A DNA stretch of 64,000 nt from Nitrosopumilus sp. (GTDB taxonomy: Archaea; Thermoproteota; Nitrososphaeria; Nitrososphaerales; Nitrosopumilaceae), in contig OZ244732.1 in the NCBI GenBank assembly GCA_965219345.1, positions 768,001-832,000 of the forward strand. Reading direction: 5' to 3'. The notes below the pieces were generated by a model. It ran no database searches. It worked only from the letters and a program-made list of their open reading frames with translations, and was not told the origin of the DNA. The position numbers and the translations under genes were made by a program. This document shows positions 63,033 through 64,000 of the stretch, in pieces (positions within the stretch are counted from its first letter, which is position 1; each line of letters starts with the position of its first letter).

Positions 63033-63105
63033 GTTATAAAATCATAATAAACTGCATTAAACGATTTCTGTAATACTAATAAGTAGAATTGGATTTTTGA
63101 CTATA

Positions 63106-64000
63106 TTGCAAATTGGTTTATTAGGTAAAGCAAATGTTGGAAAATCGACATTTTTTTCAGCTGCAACTGAAACCCCGGTAGCATCCGGTAATTTTCCTTT
63201 TACAACAATTGAACCAAATGTAGGTATGGCTTATGTTAAGGCAGATTGTGCTTGCAAACATTTTGGCATTCAACATGAAAATGAATTATGTAATAACGGT
63301 ACTCGCTTCATTCCAGTCAAACTCATTGATACTGCAGGATTGGTTCCAGGTGCACATGAAGGAAAGGGACTAGGAAATCAATTTCTTGATGATGCAAGAC
63401 AAGCTGAAGTTCTGATTCATGTAGTTGACATTGCTGGAAGTACTGATATTCAAGGACAACCAGTTCCAGCTGGGACACATGATCCTCTCAAAGATATTCT
63501 ATTTGTTCAAGATGAATTTGATCAGTGGTTTGCAGATATTCTTAAGAGAGAGTGGGACAAGATTACCCGTGAAATTGATCAGAAAAGGGCAAAACTCACT
63601 GATGGTATTGCAAAACGATTCACCGGATTGGGCATTAAGGACTATCAAGTACACGAAGTGTTACAACAGCTAGATCTTATTTCTAGAAATCCAAAGACAT
63701 GGAAAGATTCTGATATCCAAAGTTTTGTCAAAGAATTAAGAAAAAATACAAAACCGATGATTATTGCAGCAAATAAAGCAGATCTTTGTCAGGATCTTGA
63801 CATTCTTAAAAAAATATCAGATCCTGTAATTCTTTGTAGTGCTGAAACTGAATTACTTTTACGAAAAGCATCAAAAGCAGGAATCGTGAATTATTCTTCT
63901 GGAGATAAAGATTTTAAAATTATTGAAGGCAAAGAAATTCTACCTCCTCAACAAAAAGCATTAGATTTGGTAAAGTCAGTGTTTTCTAAAATTCCATCTA
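63106..64000 (+). CDS. ychF: YchF/Obg-family GTPase (3' end runs off window)
   Basis: Manual translation MQIGLLGKANVGKST, FPFTTIEPN, DTAGLVPGAHEGKGLGN.FL, ANKAD. Confidence 0.88.
   Translation, partial: MQIGLLGKANVGKSTFFSAATETPVASGNFPFTTIEPNVGMAYVKADCACKHFGIQHENELCNNGTRFIPVKLIDTAGLVPGAHEGKGLGNQFLDDARQAEVLIHVVDIAGSTDIQGQPVPAGTHDPLKDILFVQDEFDQWFADILKREWDKITREIDQKRAKLTDGIAKRFTGLGIKDYQVHEVLQQLDLISRNPKTWKDSDIQSFVKELRKNTKPMIIAANKADLCQDLDILKKISDPVILCSAETELLLRKASKAGIVNYSSGDKDFKIIEGKEILPPQQKALDLVKSVFSKIPS

Overview
AT-rich chromosome segment from a Nitrosopumilus-like ammonia-oxidising thaumarchaeon (inferred from the S-layer, S8 protease, Rieske/cytochrome b/cupredoxin, tgtA, tiaS and dph2 genes). 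Core blocks: pheA-csl4-dph2-tiaS-tRNA-iMet-HMGR-his operon-thrC-MoaD/MoeB (1-18.6 kb), S-layer plus complex III (40.8-53.5 kb) and housekeeping genes (57.6-64 kb). Two accessory regions interrupt the core. (1) A ~20.7 kb decaying defence island (19825-40532). Its ends are inverted copies of an unannotated ~75 bp repeat, with two more copies inside. It carries an apparently intact Ubl-E2-JAB-E1 operon resembling bacterial type II Bil antiviral ubiquitination, an MvaI-type RM locus with a HATPase/STAS pair, a non-canonical tRNA-like gene and many IS remnants. (2) A ~4 kb relic integrated at tRNA-Arg(TCT), with a broken integrase, two inverted hsdS tails around a ParB-like gene, an IS66 remnant and a MazF-like toxin. 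All calls come from motif recognition by eye; no searches were run.
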